From: an uncultured bacterium
GTDB lineage: Bacteria; Zixibacteria; MSB-5A5; CAIYYT01
DNA: 64,000 nucleotides
Assembly (NCBI GenBank): GCA_963726455.1
Contig: CAVSCK010000004.1
Coordinates: forward strand, 256,001-320,000
Direction: 5' to 3'
Shown here: positions 18,292 to 27,998 of the stretch, in pieces
Layout: every line of letters begins with the position of its first letter
Numbering within the stretch: position 1 is the first letter of the stretch
The notes under the pieces: model-generated
Seen by the model: only the letters and a program-made list of their open reading frames with translations
The model's database searches: none
Told to the model about the DNA's origin: nothing
Position numbers and translations under genes: made by a program

Positions 18292-19479
18292 ATGTATCCG
18301 ATTCTGACATTGAAACCGGGTAAGGAAGGCGCAATCGGATTTCGCCATCCCTGGGTATTTTCAGGCGCTTTGCAGGGTATTCCACGCGAAGTGCAACAGG
18401 GAACTATTGTGCACATCGCGGACCAAACCGGCAAGATCCTCGGCACCGGCACGTATTCCGCGCAGTCAATGATTGCCGTAAGGATCTTCGAATTCGGCGA
18501 ATGCTGCATCGACGACAACTGGTTTGTCGAACGAATTCGCTGTGCGCACCTGCGTCGTTGTCTTTACGGTTACGACGGCGCCGATCATAAGTCCGGCTAC
18601 CGAGTCGTATTCGGTGAATCAGATGGATTGCCGGGGCTGGTGGTCGACCGCTACGCTGATGTGTTGGTCGTCCAGATTGCCACCGCCGGCATGGAGAATC
18701 TTAAGCCGAGCATTATCGCGGCGCTTACCGAACTTTTCCATCCGCGAGCGATTGTGGAGCGAAGCGATTTGCCGGTTCGCCGGGACGAGGGCTTGGCGGA
18801 GGCAGCAGATCTTCTTCAAGGTGAAGAAGTTGATTGCGTCGAATTTTCGGAGAATCAATTGCGATTTGCAGCACAGGTCAAGACGGGACAGAAAACCGGA
18901 TTCTACCTTGACCAGCGCGATCTTCGGCAGGAAGTGCTGAAGCATGCCAGGGATCGAGAAGTGCTAAATCTCTTTTCGTATACCGGCAGCTTTGCCGTAT
19001 CCGCGTTGGCAGGGGGAGCCCGTTCGGTGCACAATGTTGACGGTTCGCAGCCGGCTTTGGATATGATACCGATGCAGGCATCGCTCAATAATTTGAGCAC
19101 AGACGCTATCACCTCGGAATGCGTCGATGTCTTCAACTGGTTGTCGACCCGAAACGACCCCAGCTATGATATGATCATCGTCGATCCGCCGGCGTTGATC
19201 AAGTCCCAGCGCGATACCGAAATCGGCCGCAAGGCCTATCATTTCTTGAATCGAGCGGCACTGCGCCTGGTGCGGGACAAAGGCATATTTATAACTTGTA
19301 GTTGCTCGTCTCATTACTCCGAGGATGATTTCGCCGTGATGTTGCGGCGTGCCTCGGTACAGGCGGGAGTGACGATCGACCTATTGAGGACCGTCCGGCA
19401 AGCCGCCGATCACCCGATTTCTATATATTTTCCGGAATCCTTCTACCTCAAGTCGTTTGTTTGCCTGATCAGGCGCTGA
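18292..19479 (+). CDS. rlmI: Class I SAM-dependent rRNA methyltransferase (RlmI-like)
   Basis: HPWVFSG PUA domain, ESDGLPGLVVDRY, GQKTGFYLDQR, VLNLFSYTG, IVDPP, CSCS. Confidence 0.88.
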   Translation: MYPILTLKPGKEGAIGFRHPWVFSGALQGIPREVQQGTIVHIADQTGKILGTGTYSAQSMIAVRIFEFGECCIDDNWFVERIRCAHLRRCLYGYDGADHKSGYRVVFGESDGLPGLVVDRYADVLVVQIATAGMENLKPSIIAALTELFHPRAIVERSDLPVRRDEGLAEAADLLQGEEVDCVEFSENQLRFAAQVKTGQKTGFYLDQRDLRQEVLKHARDREVLNLFSYTGSFAVSALAGGARSVHNVDGSQPALDMIPMQASLNNLSTDAITSECVDVFNWLSTRNDPSYDMIIVDPPALIKSQRDTEIGRKAYHFLNRAALRLVRDKGIFITCSCSSHYSEDDFAVMLRRASVQAGVTIDLLRTVRQAADHPISIYFPESFYLKSFVCLIRR

Positions 19480-19550
19480 GCGTTTGCTTGAGATCTCGTC
19501 CTTTAGCTTGATTCCCGCCTCTCAGTCTGCTATTATCCCGTGGAGAAGCT

Positions 19551-20018
19551 ATGACAGGGAATACCAAACGATATATCGCAGTCATCGGCCGGCATGATTG
19601 CAGTGAGGAAGAGGCCAATCTCGCTTTCAATGTGGGCCGGTTGGTGGCGGAGGCCGGAGCCGTTCTGATTTGTGGCGGTTTGGGTGGAATCATGGAAGCC
19701 GCAAGCCGAGGCGCCAAGTCCGCGGGCGGAACGACAATTGGAGTACTACCGGGAACCTGCCGAGACGACGCGAACCCTTATATTGACCATGCCATCTGCA
19801 CCGGCATCAGGGAGGCGCGCAATCTCGCAATTGTGCTCACGGCTGACGGCGTAATTGCGTTGCCGGGAGAATTTGGCACCCTGTCGGAGATTTCGTTTGC
19901 GCTAAAGTATCGAAAGCCGGTAGTTTCTTTGCGCTCATGGAATGTATCGGAGCGTATCCTTCGTGCTGAGACGGCGGAGGAAGCTGTGGAGACAATCTTG
20001 CGGGAAGTGAACCGATGA
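19551..20018 (+). CDS. TIGR00725 family (LOG/DprA-like Rossmann fold) protein
   Basis: CGGLGGIMEAASRGA, ARN..V, PGEFGTLSEI. Confidence 0.85.
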   Translation: MTGNTKRYIAVIGRHDCSEEEANLAFNVGRLVAEAGAVLICGGLGGIMEAASRGAKSAGGTTIGVLPGTCRDDANPYIDHAICTGIREARNLAIVLTADGVIALPGEFGTLSEISFALKYRKPVVSLRSWNVSERILRAETAEEAVETILREVNR

Positions 20019-20296
20019 GTGAGCTTGCATGTGCCAGAGTGTTGTTGGATGGCAGAGTACAGGGGGTCGGGTTCCGATATTTCGTGACTTCGAAGGCGGC
20101 CGATTACGAGGTCGTCGGTTACGTTCGCAATCTTGACACGGGCGGTGTTGAGATCGAAGTTGAGGGGAAACGGGAGGTTATCAGTCAGTTTCTCCTGGAG
20201 ATAAAGCGCGGACCGAGTCATGGCGAGATTGCCAATTTTCAGGTAGAATGGAAACCGCACAAGAAACAATATGACCATTTCTTTGTGAAGTATTAA
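20015..20296 (+). CDS. acyP: Acylphosphatase
   Basis: GRVQGVGFR and GYVRNL signature. Confidence 0.93.
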   Translation: MSELACARVLLDGRVQGVGFRYFVTSKAADYEVVGYVRNLDTGGVEIEVEGKREVISQFLLEIKRGPSHGEIANFQVEWKPHKKQYDHFFVKY

Positions 20297-20298
20297 CT

Positions 20299-20820
20299 AT
20301 GGACTTGAAATCGAAGATCAGAGACGTTCGTGATTTCCCCAAGCCGGGGATCGTCTTTCGGGACATCACCACCCTGCTCAATGATTCCGCAGCCTTCGAG
20401 GAAGTGATTGACAAATTCTGCCTTCACTTCAAGAAGTATGATATTACCAAGGTCGGCGTCGTCGAATCACGCGGATTCATTTTTGGCGGACCGATAGCAT
20501 TGTCGCTGGGAGTCGGAATCGTGCCCATCAGAAAAGAGGGCAAACTGCCATACGAAACGATCTATCAATCATACGATCTGGAATACGGCACCGGCACACT
20601 GGAAATGCACAGTGACGCCCTTGGCGAAAAAGATCGGGTGTTGATCATTGACGATTTGTTGGCAACCGGTGGAACGGCGCTGGCGTCAGTTAAGTTGGTT
20701 GAGCGGCTGGGCGCCACGGTTGCGGGTCTCGGATTCCTGATCGAACTGTCATTTCTGAAGGGACGCGAGAAACTCAACGACTACGACGTCCTGACGTTGA
20801 TTCAGTACGACTCGGAATGA
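20299..20820 (+). CDS. apt: Adenine phosphoribosyltransferase
   Basis: DFPKPGIVFRDIT, ESRGF, RKEGKLP, IIDDLLATGGT. Confidence 0.97.
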   Translation: MDLKSKIRDVRDFPKPGIVFRDITTLLNDSAAFEEVIDKFCLHFKKYDITKVGVVESRGFIFGGPIALSLGVGIVPIRKEGKLPYETIYQSYDLEYGTGTLEMHSDALGEKDRVLIIDDLLATGGTALASVKLVERLGATVAGLGFLIELSFLKGREKLNDYDVLTLIQYDSE

Positions 20821-20852
20821 CAGAGTGGCCGATTGGCATCAATGACATACTT

Positions 20853-20926
20853 GCCCTCGTAGCTCAGTTGGATAGAGCAAGGGTTTCCTAAACCCTAGGT
20901 CGCGCGTTCGAATCGCGCCGAGGGCA
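20853..20926 (+). tRNA. tRNA-Arg (CCT)
   Basis: GCCCTCG..CGAGGGC-A; anticodon arm AGGGT-TTCCTAA-ACCCT; CCA not encoded. Confidence 0.95.
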
Positions 20927-20960
20927 GAACTTCTGCCTCAGTATTTCTCTGTAGATTATT

Positions 20961-21902
20961 TCACTCAGTTGAAGACGCAGCCACATTCGTGGTGTCAACG
21001 AACGGGATACCGGCTTCGTTGTTCGCGGGTGTCTCCGTTTGCGGGGCGGGATTGGCATCAACCGTGTCACTCTCGTCGAGTACCACGTTCTTGTCAAGAT
21101 AATTGAGTCCGGAGAAATCGTTTACGACGATGATCGAAATACGCCGGTTGCGGGGATCTGATGGCCGTCCCGAAATCCTTGGCTCGGTATCGGCAAAACC
21201 ACGAACCTCGCTGATTTGACTGTAGTTGAGGCCGTTGCCGGTCATGTATCGTCTGGCGCTGTTACATCGGTCTGCCGAAAGCTCCCAGTTAGTGTAATTT
21301 GCATTCTGGGCGTATTGGAAATTATCAGTGTGGCCCTCGATAATGATCTTGTTGGGAAGCTTGCCAAGTTGCTGGGCAATGACACTCAGCAAGAGCTTGG
21401 TGTTGGGCTTGAGATCGGCAGAGCCCTTTTCAAAGAAGGTCTCACCCGACGAATCCAAGAGCTGTATCCGCAACCCTTCGGCCGTCATCTGGACTTCGAT
21501 TTGGTTCTTCAAAGTCGAAAAAGTCTGATCCTTTTGGAGAGCGTCCATGATCTCGGTTGCGGCCCGCGCCAATTGCTTGCGCGCCTCAATCTCCATCTGC
21601 TTACGACTCAGCTCCTTGGTCATTGAGTTCTTACTTTTCATCTCGATAATCGAGTTGCCTTGCTTGGGCAGAATCGAACTGGAACCACCCTTCTTGAAGC
21701 CCGTAGGATCCTGAAAATAGCCGGCTACGTTTTCTTTAACAGCAGGAGATTGATTCACGAGCCACATCACAAGAAAGAACGCCATCATTGACGTGGTGAA
21801 GTCAGCGTAAGCAACTTTCCAGGAGCCACCATGGTGACCGCCGCCATGGCCGCCTTTCTTCTGTACGATTATTACCGGTTCTTGCTGGTCTTTCTCGCGC
21901 AT
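20961..21902 (-). CDS. motB: Flagellar stator protein MotB (set 1, proteobacterial H+-type)
   Basis: GGHHGGSWKVAYADFTTSMMAFF; OmpA-like IEGHTD..NWELSADR..NRRI. Confidence 0.95.
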   Translation of the reverse strand: MREKDQQEPVIIVQKKGGHGGGHHGGSWKVAYADFTTSMMAFFLVMWLVNQSPAVKENVAGYFQDPTGFKKGGSSSILPKQGNSIIEMKSKNSMTKELSRKQMEIEARKQLARAATEIMDALQKDQTFSTLKNQIEVQMTAEGLRIQLLDSSGETFFEKGSADLKPNTKLLLSVIAQQLGKLPNKIIIEGHTDNFQYAQNANYTNWELSADRCNSARRYMTGNGLNYSQISEVRGFADTEPRISGRPSDPRNRRISIIVVNDFSGLNYLDKNVVLDESDTVDANPAPQTETPANNEAGIPFVDTTNVAASSTE

Positions 21903-21912
21903 GGTCTACACG

Positions 21913-22770
21913 CTATCTCGATCTGGTTTCGCGACAGGCGTTTTCGACTTCTTCGAAGGTGGGGCGTGTCGAACCATAGATCGCGCGGCGCGCAAACTCA
22001 ACCGCGATCGAAGCCGCAAAACCCTTCTGGAATCCCAGCATGCCTTGCTTAAGGCACTCGTAGTAGCGGCTCGATTCATCAGTCAGTCCCTGAATATTGC
22101 GGGACACAGGGCCGAATAGGCCGTAGCAAAGAAGAATACCGAGGAACGTTCCGACCAGTGCCGCCGCCACTTTTTCGCCGATTTGCTCCGGCGGGCCGTT
22201 CAGCGCACCCATGGTGATAATAATACCGAGCACTGCGGCAACAATACCAAAGCCGGGCAATGAATCGGCCATATTTTGAATCGAATCGGCGGGCTTTACT
22301 TCTTCGCCATGATGAGTCTCCAGGTCCAGTTCCATCAGTGCCTGGAGGTCGGTGGCGGATATGGCGCCGGTGATAATCACGCGCATCGTGTCGGAGAAGA
22401 AATGCACCGCATGATGATCTTTGAGGAAATCGGGATACTTCTTAATGATCGGTGATTCGAATGGCTTTTCGATGTGAGTCTCGAGTCCGACCAGTCCATC
22501 CTTACGGGCGACGTTGAAGATTTCATACATCATTACCAGCAGGTCGAGGAAATACTTCTTGGACGGTCCGGCTCCGAAAATCTTCGGCAGTTGTTGGGCC
22601 ATCTTCTTCATGGTGGACAGCGGCGTGCCTACCAGGATCGATCCAACAGCAGCCGCCAGCATGATGACAAATTCCGCCGGCTGCACCAATACCGCCATCG
22701 GACCGCCTTCCATGAGGAAACCGCCGATAATCCCACCGAAGACTACGAGTATTCCAATGATTGCAAACAT
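21913..22770 (-). CDS. motA: Flagellar stator protein MotA (set 1)
   Basis: QPAEFVI, ARKDGLVGLE, LPGFGIVAAVLG, AALVGTFLGI, AVEFARR. Confidence 0.95.
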   Translation of the reverse strand: MFAIIGILVVFGGIIGGFLMEGGPMAVLVQPAEFVIMLAAAVGSILVGTPLSTMKKMAQQLPKIFGAGPSKKYFLDLLVMMYEIFNVARKDGLVGLETHIEKPFESPIIKKYPDFLKDHHAVHFFSDTMRVIITGAISATDLQALMELDLETHHGEEVKPADSIQNMADSLPGFGIVAAVLGIIITMGALNGPPEQIGEKVAAALVGTFLGILLCYGLFGPVSRNIQGLTDESSRYYECLKQGMLGFQKGFAASIAVEFARRAIYGSTRPTFEEVENACRETRSR

Positions 22771-23038
22771 GAATGTTCCTCTGCCCTCAATAGATTGTTG
22801 CTATCACTCTGATTTATTCGTCAGGTTTTGTAAAAAGTCGAATGCAATTCCCAAGAAAAGCGGCTGCCGGAGGCAACTTGCACGGCGCAGGTGGCTCTGA
22901 GTGCGAAGACAACGGTATCCACTCTCAATCTGGGGCGAACCGCGTGAAAGGAATATTTGACTGTTTCGGAGTGAATCAGCTTTCGGCCGTCTTGCGACAA
23001 AACGCTGATTTCAGTAAAGAAACCACTGTTTCAGTGTT

Positions 23039-23065
23039 TCAAGTATTTCGTTGTGCTGCCGATAC
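23039..23065 (+). promoter_or_regulatory. Sigma28 (FliA) promoter of motAB set 2
   Basis: TCAA-N15-GCCGATAC versus consensus TAAA-N15-GCCGATAA. Confidence 0.7.
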
Positions 23066-23127
23066 TTTGAAGAAGCAGGCGGAAAATGCCGCCAAAACAT
23101 TGATGTTGTTTTGAAACAGGAGTTTAC

Positions 23128-23919
23128 TTGCTGACCGTCAAGCGTGATACCATGGCTCTCGACATAGCCACGCTCGCCGGACTTATCGTTGGTGTCGGCG
23201 CAATACTGATTTCGTTTCTGATGGAAGGGGGCTCACTCAATTCCATCTTCCAGATTCCGGCAATCATGATCGTGATTTTCGGTACGCTCGGCGCCGGAAT
23301 GATAACCACGTCGATTAAGACGGTCGTCGCAATTCCGACCTACCTGCGGATCGCGTTTTTCGGAAAATCGATTGATGCCATTGCCACGATAGATCAAGTC
23401 GTCTGGATGGCCGAGAAGGCGCGGCGCGACGGAATACTCGGACTCGAAAAACATGTAAATGACGCCTCCATACCTTTCTTCCGCAAAGCGCTGCAATTGC
23501 TGGTGGACGGTACGGAAGTAACAGCATTGCGGGACATTCTGGAGACAGAGATTTCGTACGTCGAAGAACGGCATCGTCAGGGAATCGAACTGTTCAAGAA
23601 GCTCGGCGGCTTTTCGCCGACGCTGGGTATTATTGGCACGGTGCTGGGCTTGATTCACACGCTATCGAATACGACGGATACCTCACGGATGGCGACCGGA
23701 ATTGCCTCGGCCTTCATTGCGACACTCTGGGGTGTCTGCATGGCGAACCTGTTCTATTTGCCGGTCGGCGACAAACTGCGGCACCGGCACATCGACGAGA
23801 TGACTAACCTCGATCTTATTCTCGAAGGAGTCGTGGCGATACAGTCCGGCGAAAATCCGCGCATGATTCGAACCAAGCTGATGTCATTTGTAAACCCGCC
23901 CGCCAGATCGGGAATGTAA
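23128..23919 (+). CDS. motA: Flagellar stator A subunit (set 2; MotA/MotC/PomA-like)
   Basis: ARRDGILGLE, FSPTLGIIGTVLGLI, AFIATLWG, GENPR; TTG start after AGGAG (alternative ATG 23152). Confidence 0.92.
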   Translation: MLTVKRDTMALDIATLAGLIVGVGAILISFLMEGGSLNSIFQIPAIMIVIFGTLGAGMITTSIKTVVAIPTYLRIAFFGKSIDAIATIDQVVWMAEKARRDGILGLEKHVNDASIPFFRKALQLLVDGTEVTALRDILETEISYVEERHRQGIELFKKLGGFSPTLGIIGTVLGLIHTLSNTTDTSRMATGIASAFIATLWGVCMANLFYLPVGDKLRHRHIDEMTNLDLILEGVVAIQSGENPRMIRTKLMSFVNPPARSGM

Positions 23920-23922
23920 TTC

Positions 23923-24774
23923 ATGGCAAGGCGCAAGAGAGTTGACGATAGCGAGAATACTGATCGCTGGCTTCTGACCTATGCCGATCTGCTCACGCTG
24001 TTGCTAGCGTTCTTCGTAATCATGTACTCCATGTCACGCATCGACGCCAAGCGATTCGGCAAGATGAGCGAGCATTTGCAGGGCGCGTTTCATCAGAGCG
24101 AATCGGAAGACCCAACTGCCGTCAACCAGGCCGACCTCGGAGCCGGAACTTTCAAGATTGGGCGGTTGAAAACGATCGCACAGCACTTGAGATCAACGTT
24201 AGGGACGGTACCGGATCGCTCGAGCATGGGCGGCCAGGGGATTCCAATGACTCGTGCTGATTCCAGTGACGCTCCGCCGGGATTCTCGGCCACGGAACCG
24301 ATTTCAGTGGAAATCAATGAACGGGGGTTGGTCATTCACGTGCTGGAATCGACACTGTTCGAATCGGCGCAGGCAACACTCAGGCCGGAAGCGCTTGATG
24401 TGCTTGACCGCATCGGCAAAGAGATTCGCGACATTCCGAATCAGATTCGTGTGGAAGGGCATACCGACGACCGGCCGATCAACACGGCGCGATTTCCCTC
24501 CAACTGGGAATTGTCATCAGCGCGCGCGACATCCGTGGTGCGCTACTTCATCGACAAGTACAGTTTTCCACCTGACCGCCTCTCGGCGCTGGGGTTCGGG
24601 GAATTTCGGCCAATGGTTACCAATAATTCTGACGCCAACCGCGCGAAGAATCGTCGCGTCGACATTGTGGTGCTAACCGACAATCTGTCCAGGTTTGAAC
24701 CGGCGCCGGTCGACAGTATCGATCAGCTAGGCGCCCGTCGAAGAGAACAATTTTCAAGCGACCTTGGAAGATAA
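23923..24774 (+). CDS. motB: Flagellar stator B subunit (set 2; MotB/MotD-like)
   Basis: RWLLTYADLLTLLLAFF; VEGHTDD..FPSNWELSSARA..NRRVDI. Confidence 0.92.
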   Translation: MARRKRVDDSENTDRWLLTYADLLTLLLAFFVIMYSMSRIDAKRFGKMSEHLQGAFHQSESEDPTAVNQADLGAGTFKIGRLKTIAQHLRSTLGTVPDRSSMGGQGIPMTRADSSDAPPGFSATEPISVEINERGLVIHVLESTLFESAQATLRPEALDVLDRIGKEIRDIPNQIRVEGHTDDRPINTARFPSNWELSSARATSVVRYFIDKYSFPPDRLSALGFGEFRPMVTNNSDANRAKNRRVDIVVLTDNLSRFEPAPVDSIDQLGARRREQFSSDLGR

Positions 24775-24855
24775 TTCCGCTCAGTAGTTTGGCCCGTCTA
24801 AAGCGAGTCACTTAACCTGTATGGCTCGCAATCACTTAACCGACCTCTTTCAACT

Positions 24856-24871
24856 TGGCACGCCGCTTGTA
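24856..24871 (+). promoter_or_regulatory. Sigma54 (-24/-12) promoter of flgB operon
   Basis: TGGCACGCCGCTTGTA versus consensus TGGCACGnnnnTTGCA, about 28 nt before flgB. Confidence 0.7.
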
Positions 24872-24898
24872 TTCTCTCTAGCGGGAGAATAATGGCCT

Positions 24899-25321
24899 AT
24901 GGCAGACATGGTACAGAAAGCGCTATTCAATTCGGGACTAATTCCGACGTACAGCAAGCTCGCGGATTTGTCGGCGTTAAAGCACAAGTTGATTGCTTCC
25001 AATGTCGCCAACGCAAGCACGAAGGGCTATCAGAAGAAGGACATCGACTTTGACAAGGAATTGAAGAAGGCCACCGGCAAACCAAAGATGAATGCCTCAG
25101 TTACTGATCCACGACACATACCGCTTGGCAATACGCCGGGTGGTCCGCCGAAGATCCAGCAGATCAAGCAGACGGAAAATTCCACCGGTGTCAATGCCGT
25201 CGATATCGATCAGGAAATGGCCGACCTTGCACAGAATCAGATCATTTTCGATTATGGCGCGGAAATGCTTTCGCGCAATTTCAAAGCCCTAAAATCGGCG
25301 ATCCGAGGAAGGGAAGTGTAA
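24899..25321 (+). CDS. flgB: Flagellar basal-body rod protein FlgB
   Basis: IASNVANASTKGYQKKDIDF, NAVDIDQEMADL. Confidence 0.93.
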   Translation: MADMVQKALFNSGLIPTYSKLADLSALKHKLIASNVANASTKGYQKKDIDFDKELKKATGKPKMNASVTDPRHIPLGNTPGGPPKIQQIKQTENSTGVNAVDIDQEMADLAQNQIIFDYGAEMLSRNFKALKSAIRGREV

Positions 25322-25324
25322 TCC

Positions 25325-25819
25325 ATGAGTAACCTGTTTTCATCGCTGAAGATTTCCGGTTCGGGTTTGTCGGTCTTCCGCAGCAAAATGAACGTTGCCG
25401 CCGAGAACATCGCCAATGCCGAAACGACCAAGACCGATGCCGGTGGGCCCTACAAGAAGAAGGAAGTCCAGATTTCCGCCAAACAAGTGAACGAACCGTT
25501 TGCCCGGGAACTGCAGGCAGCCAGAGTTACACTGGCGCAAACCGACCGGAAGCACCTGCCGCAAAACGCCGTTTCCCTGAACAAAGCAGAGAATGTTTCT
25601 CAGGCGGAAGGCGAAGTCACGGTTGATCGCGATCAGCCCGCCCGAGTGATATATGACCCGTCGCATCCGGATGCCGACGAAAACGGTTTTGTGTCGATGC
25701 CTGATGTCGATCCGCTGATTGAAATGGTGGAGATGATGACGGCGTCGCGGGCCTATGAAGCGAATATTTCAGCATTACAAACTACGAAGTCAATGACCGC
25801 GAAGGCACTTGATATATAA
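25325..25819 (+). CDS. flgC: Flagellar basal-body rod protein FlgC
   Basis: AENIANAETT, YDPSHPDAD..EMVEMMTASRAYEAN. Confidence 0.96.
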   Translation: MSNLFSSLKISGSGLSVFRSKMNVAAENIANAETTKTDAGGPYKKKEVQISAKQVNEPFARELQAARVTLAQTDRKHLPQNAVSLNKAENVSQAEGEVTVDRDQPARVIYDPSHPDADENGFVSMPDVDPLIEMVEMMTASRAYEANISALQTTKSMTAKALDI

Positions 25820-25830
25820 GTGGAGCAGCT

Positions 25831-26058
25831 ATGAAAGTCAACGAAGCCAACCTGCAACTATACCGCATCGACCAGACGCGCAATGTGCAGAATCACCAGC
25901 CGGTCAAACCGGCGGAAGCAAACCAGTTTCTGAAGGCGCGGTTTGCCGACTTGCTGTCGGAAAATGAACGAGCGTTTATCGTGCAGAATTTCAAGCCGGA
26001 TACATCGCCGGATACCAAGAAACCCAAACTCGGACGATTCATCGACGTTAGAGCATGA
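25831..26058 (+). CDS. Small hypothetical flagellar-operon protein (75 aa)
   Basis: GGAG SD, stop overlaps fliE start (ATGA), C-terminal LGRFIDVRA. Confidence 0.7.
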   Translation: MKVNEANLQLYRIDQTRNVQNHQPVKPAEANQFLKARFADLLSENERAFIVQNFKPDTSPDTKKPKLGRFIDVRA

Positions 26059-26357
26059 ACCCGATTACGATAAATACGCTGCCGCAGGAAATTTCCCTGC
26101 CGACCGGCCAGGCGGTATTCAAACCCGAAGCCAGCGCTGAGAATTTCAAGGAGACGCTAAGCCATTTCGTGCAATCGGTGAATGATTTGCAGGGCAAAGC
26201 ATCCGATGCGCAGGCAAGTTTTCTCAAGGGCGAAATTACCGATGTTCATCAGGTGATGATCGCAGTTGAGGAAGCGTCGGTGGCGTTTGAGTTACTCATG
26301 GAGATTCGTAACAAGCTGTTAGACTCATATCAGCAGATCATACGCATGTCGGTTTAA
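26055..26357 (+). CDS. fliE: Flagellar hook-basal body protein FliE
   Basis: DVHQVMIAVEEASVAFELLMEIRNKLLDSYQQIIRMSV. Confidence 0.95.
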   Translation: MNPITINTLPQEISLPTGQAVFKPEASAENFKETLSHFVQSVNDLQGKASDAQASFLKGEITDVHQVMIAVEEASVAFELLMEIRNKLLDSYQQIIRMSV

Positions 26358-26375
26358 ATTCTCTAACCTCGGAGC

Positions 26376-27998
26376 ATGGATGCAATGAAGAGGCTGTTTG
26401 AACATTATTATGAATTAATCGGACGCATGGCGCCCAGCCAGATATTGCTGGGTTCAATCGTCGTTATCGGCGCCATTGTTGCCACTATCATGATCGTCAG
26501 TTGGGCCAAGAGCCAGTATTACGCCCCGCTGTATACCGGACTTTCCGCCGAGGACGCCGGCAAAATTGTCGAACGCCTCAAGGAAATGAAAGTTACCTAC
26601 CAGATCGGCGACAACGGCACGAGTATCAGTATACCGTCGAACGACGTGTACGAGACCCGCATGAAGCTGGCCACCGCCGGTCTGCCCAGTCCGCAGAATA
26701 TCGGCTATGCTCTGCTGGATCAAACCAACATCGGAATGACCGATTTTCTGCAAAAAGTCAATTATCGACGGGCACTGGAAGGCGAATTGGCGCGAACGAT
26801 TATGGGACTTACCGAGGTTGAAGCAGCCCGAGTGCATCTGGTGATTCCGGAAGACCGCCTTTTCAAAGAAGACCAGCACACGCCGACTGCTTCGGTCGTT
26901 TTGAAATTGCGGGGGCCAATGCCGCTGGGAAAAAGGCAACTGCAGGGTATCGGCTATTTGGTGGCATCGTCCGTCGAAGGCATGACTGCCGACAAGGTTA
27001 CGATCCTGGATGACAGCGGCAATTTGCTGAGCGGCATGCAATCGAGCGACGAATCGGCCATGCTGTCTGCCACGCAGTTTGACATGCGCAAGAATGTTGA
27101 AGATTACCTGGAAGAAAAGGCACAGTCGCTGATGCAGGGTGTGATCGGACAGGGACGGGCGATAGTACGTGTCACCGCAGAACTAAATTTCGAAAAGACC
27201 AACACACAGATCGAACAATACGATCCTGATCTGGTTGCTATCCGCAGTGAACAACGCACAACCCAGAAGGGAAGTCAATTAGAGGGCGCTATCTCGCCAA
27301 CGCAAACGGCAGCTACTGCTGCCGGCGGGACTGGAACTGCCGGTGGAGCCACAACAGGGGCAACGACTCCGGCGACCGCTTCGCCGGTCGCGGCCAATAC
27401 GAGTACCGACAACTCCGAAGATGTGATAACCAACTATGAAGTTTCCAAGACAATCCGGAATATCATTGGCGAAGTCGGCAGTATCAAGCGGTTGACCGTC
27501 GCCGTAATGGTAGACGGCACTTACAAGGAAGCCAAGACTCCTGAAGGAGAAGTGTCGCGGGAATACCAGGCGCGATCCCAGGAGGAGCTGGGCCGGTTCG
27601 CGTCGATTATCAAAAACGCCGTCGGCTTTAGCGATACGCGCGCCGATCAATTCGAGATTCAGAGCGTGCCATTCGACAATTCGCTGCTGGTAACCAACGA
27701 CAAAGAGATGCTGCAGACCGAGAAGATGACCAATTATCTGGTTTATGGCAAGAAGATTGGGACGGTGCTGCTGATTATCGTGGCATTCCTTTACGTGAAG
27801 CGGAAACTCAAGAAGGTTTTCAAAGCTGTGGCCAGATACGCTCCGCCGCCGCCCGCGCTGCCCGTCGCTGTAGAGCCGGAGATTCCGGCGAAACCACAGA
27901 AGCCGCGGTTGATTGACACGATGAAGACGCAGGCCAAGGGCAAGAACGAGGAAATCGCCAAAGTCATCAAGACGATGATGGCGGAGGTTCAACAGTAA
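26376..27998 (+). CDS. fliF: Flagellar M-ring protein FliF
   Basis: YRRALEGELARTI, ARVHLVIP, PTASVVL, TNYEVSKT, IKRLTVAVMVDG; two TM segments. Confidence 0.96.
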   Translation: MDAMKRLFEHYYELIGRMAPSQILLGSIVVIGAIVATIMIVSWAKSQYYAPLYTGLSAEDAGKIVERLKEMKVTYQIGDNGTSISIPSNDVYETRMKLATAGLPSPQNIGYALLDQTNIGMTDFLQKVNYRRALEGELARTIMGLTEVEAARVHLVIPEDRLFKEDQHTPTASVVLKLRGPMPLGKRQLQGIGYLVASSVEGMTADKVTILDDSGNLLSGMQSSDESAMLSATQFDMRKNVEDYLEEKAQSLMQGVIGQGRAIVRVTAELNFEKTNTQIEQYDPDLVAIRSEQRTTQKGSQLEGAISPTQTAATAAGGTGTAGGATTGATTPATASPVAANTSTDNSEDVITNYEVSKTIRNIIGEVGSIKRLTVAVMVDGTYKEAKTPEGEVSREYQARSQEELGRFASIIKNAVGFSDTRADQFEIQSVPFDNSLLVTNDKEMLQTEKMTNYLVYGKKIGTVLLIIVAFLYVKRKLKKVFKAVARYAPPPPALPVAVEPEIPAKPQKPRLIDTMKTQAKGKNEEIAKVIKTMMAEVQQ

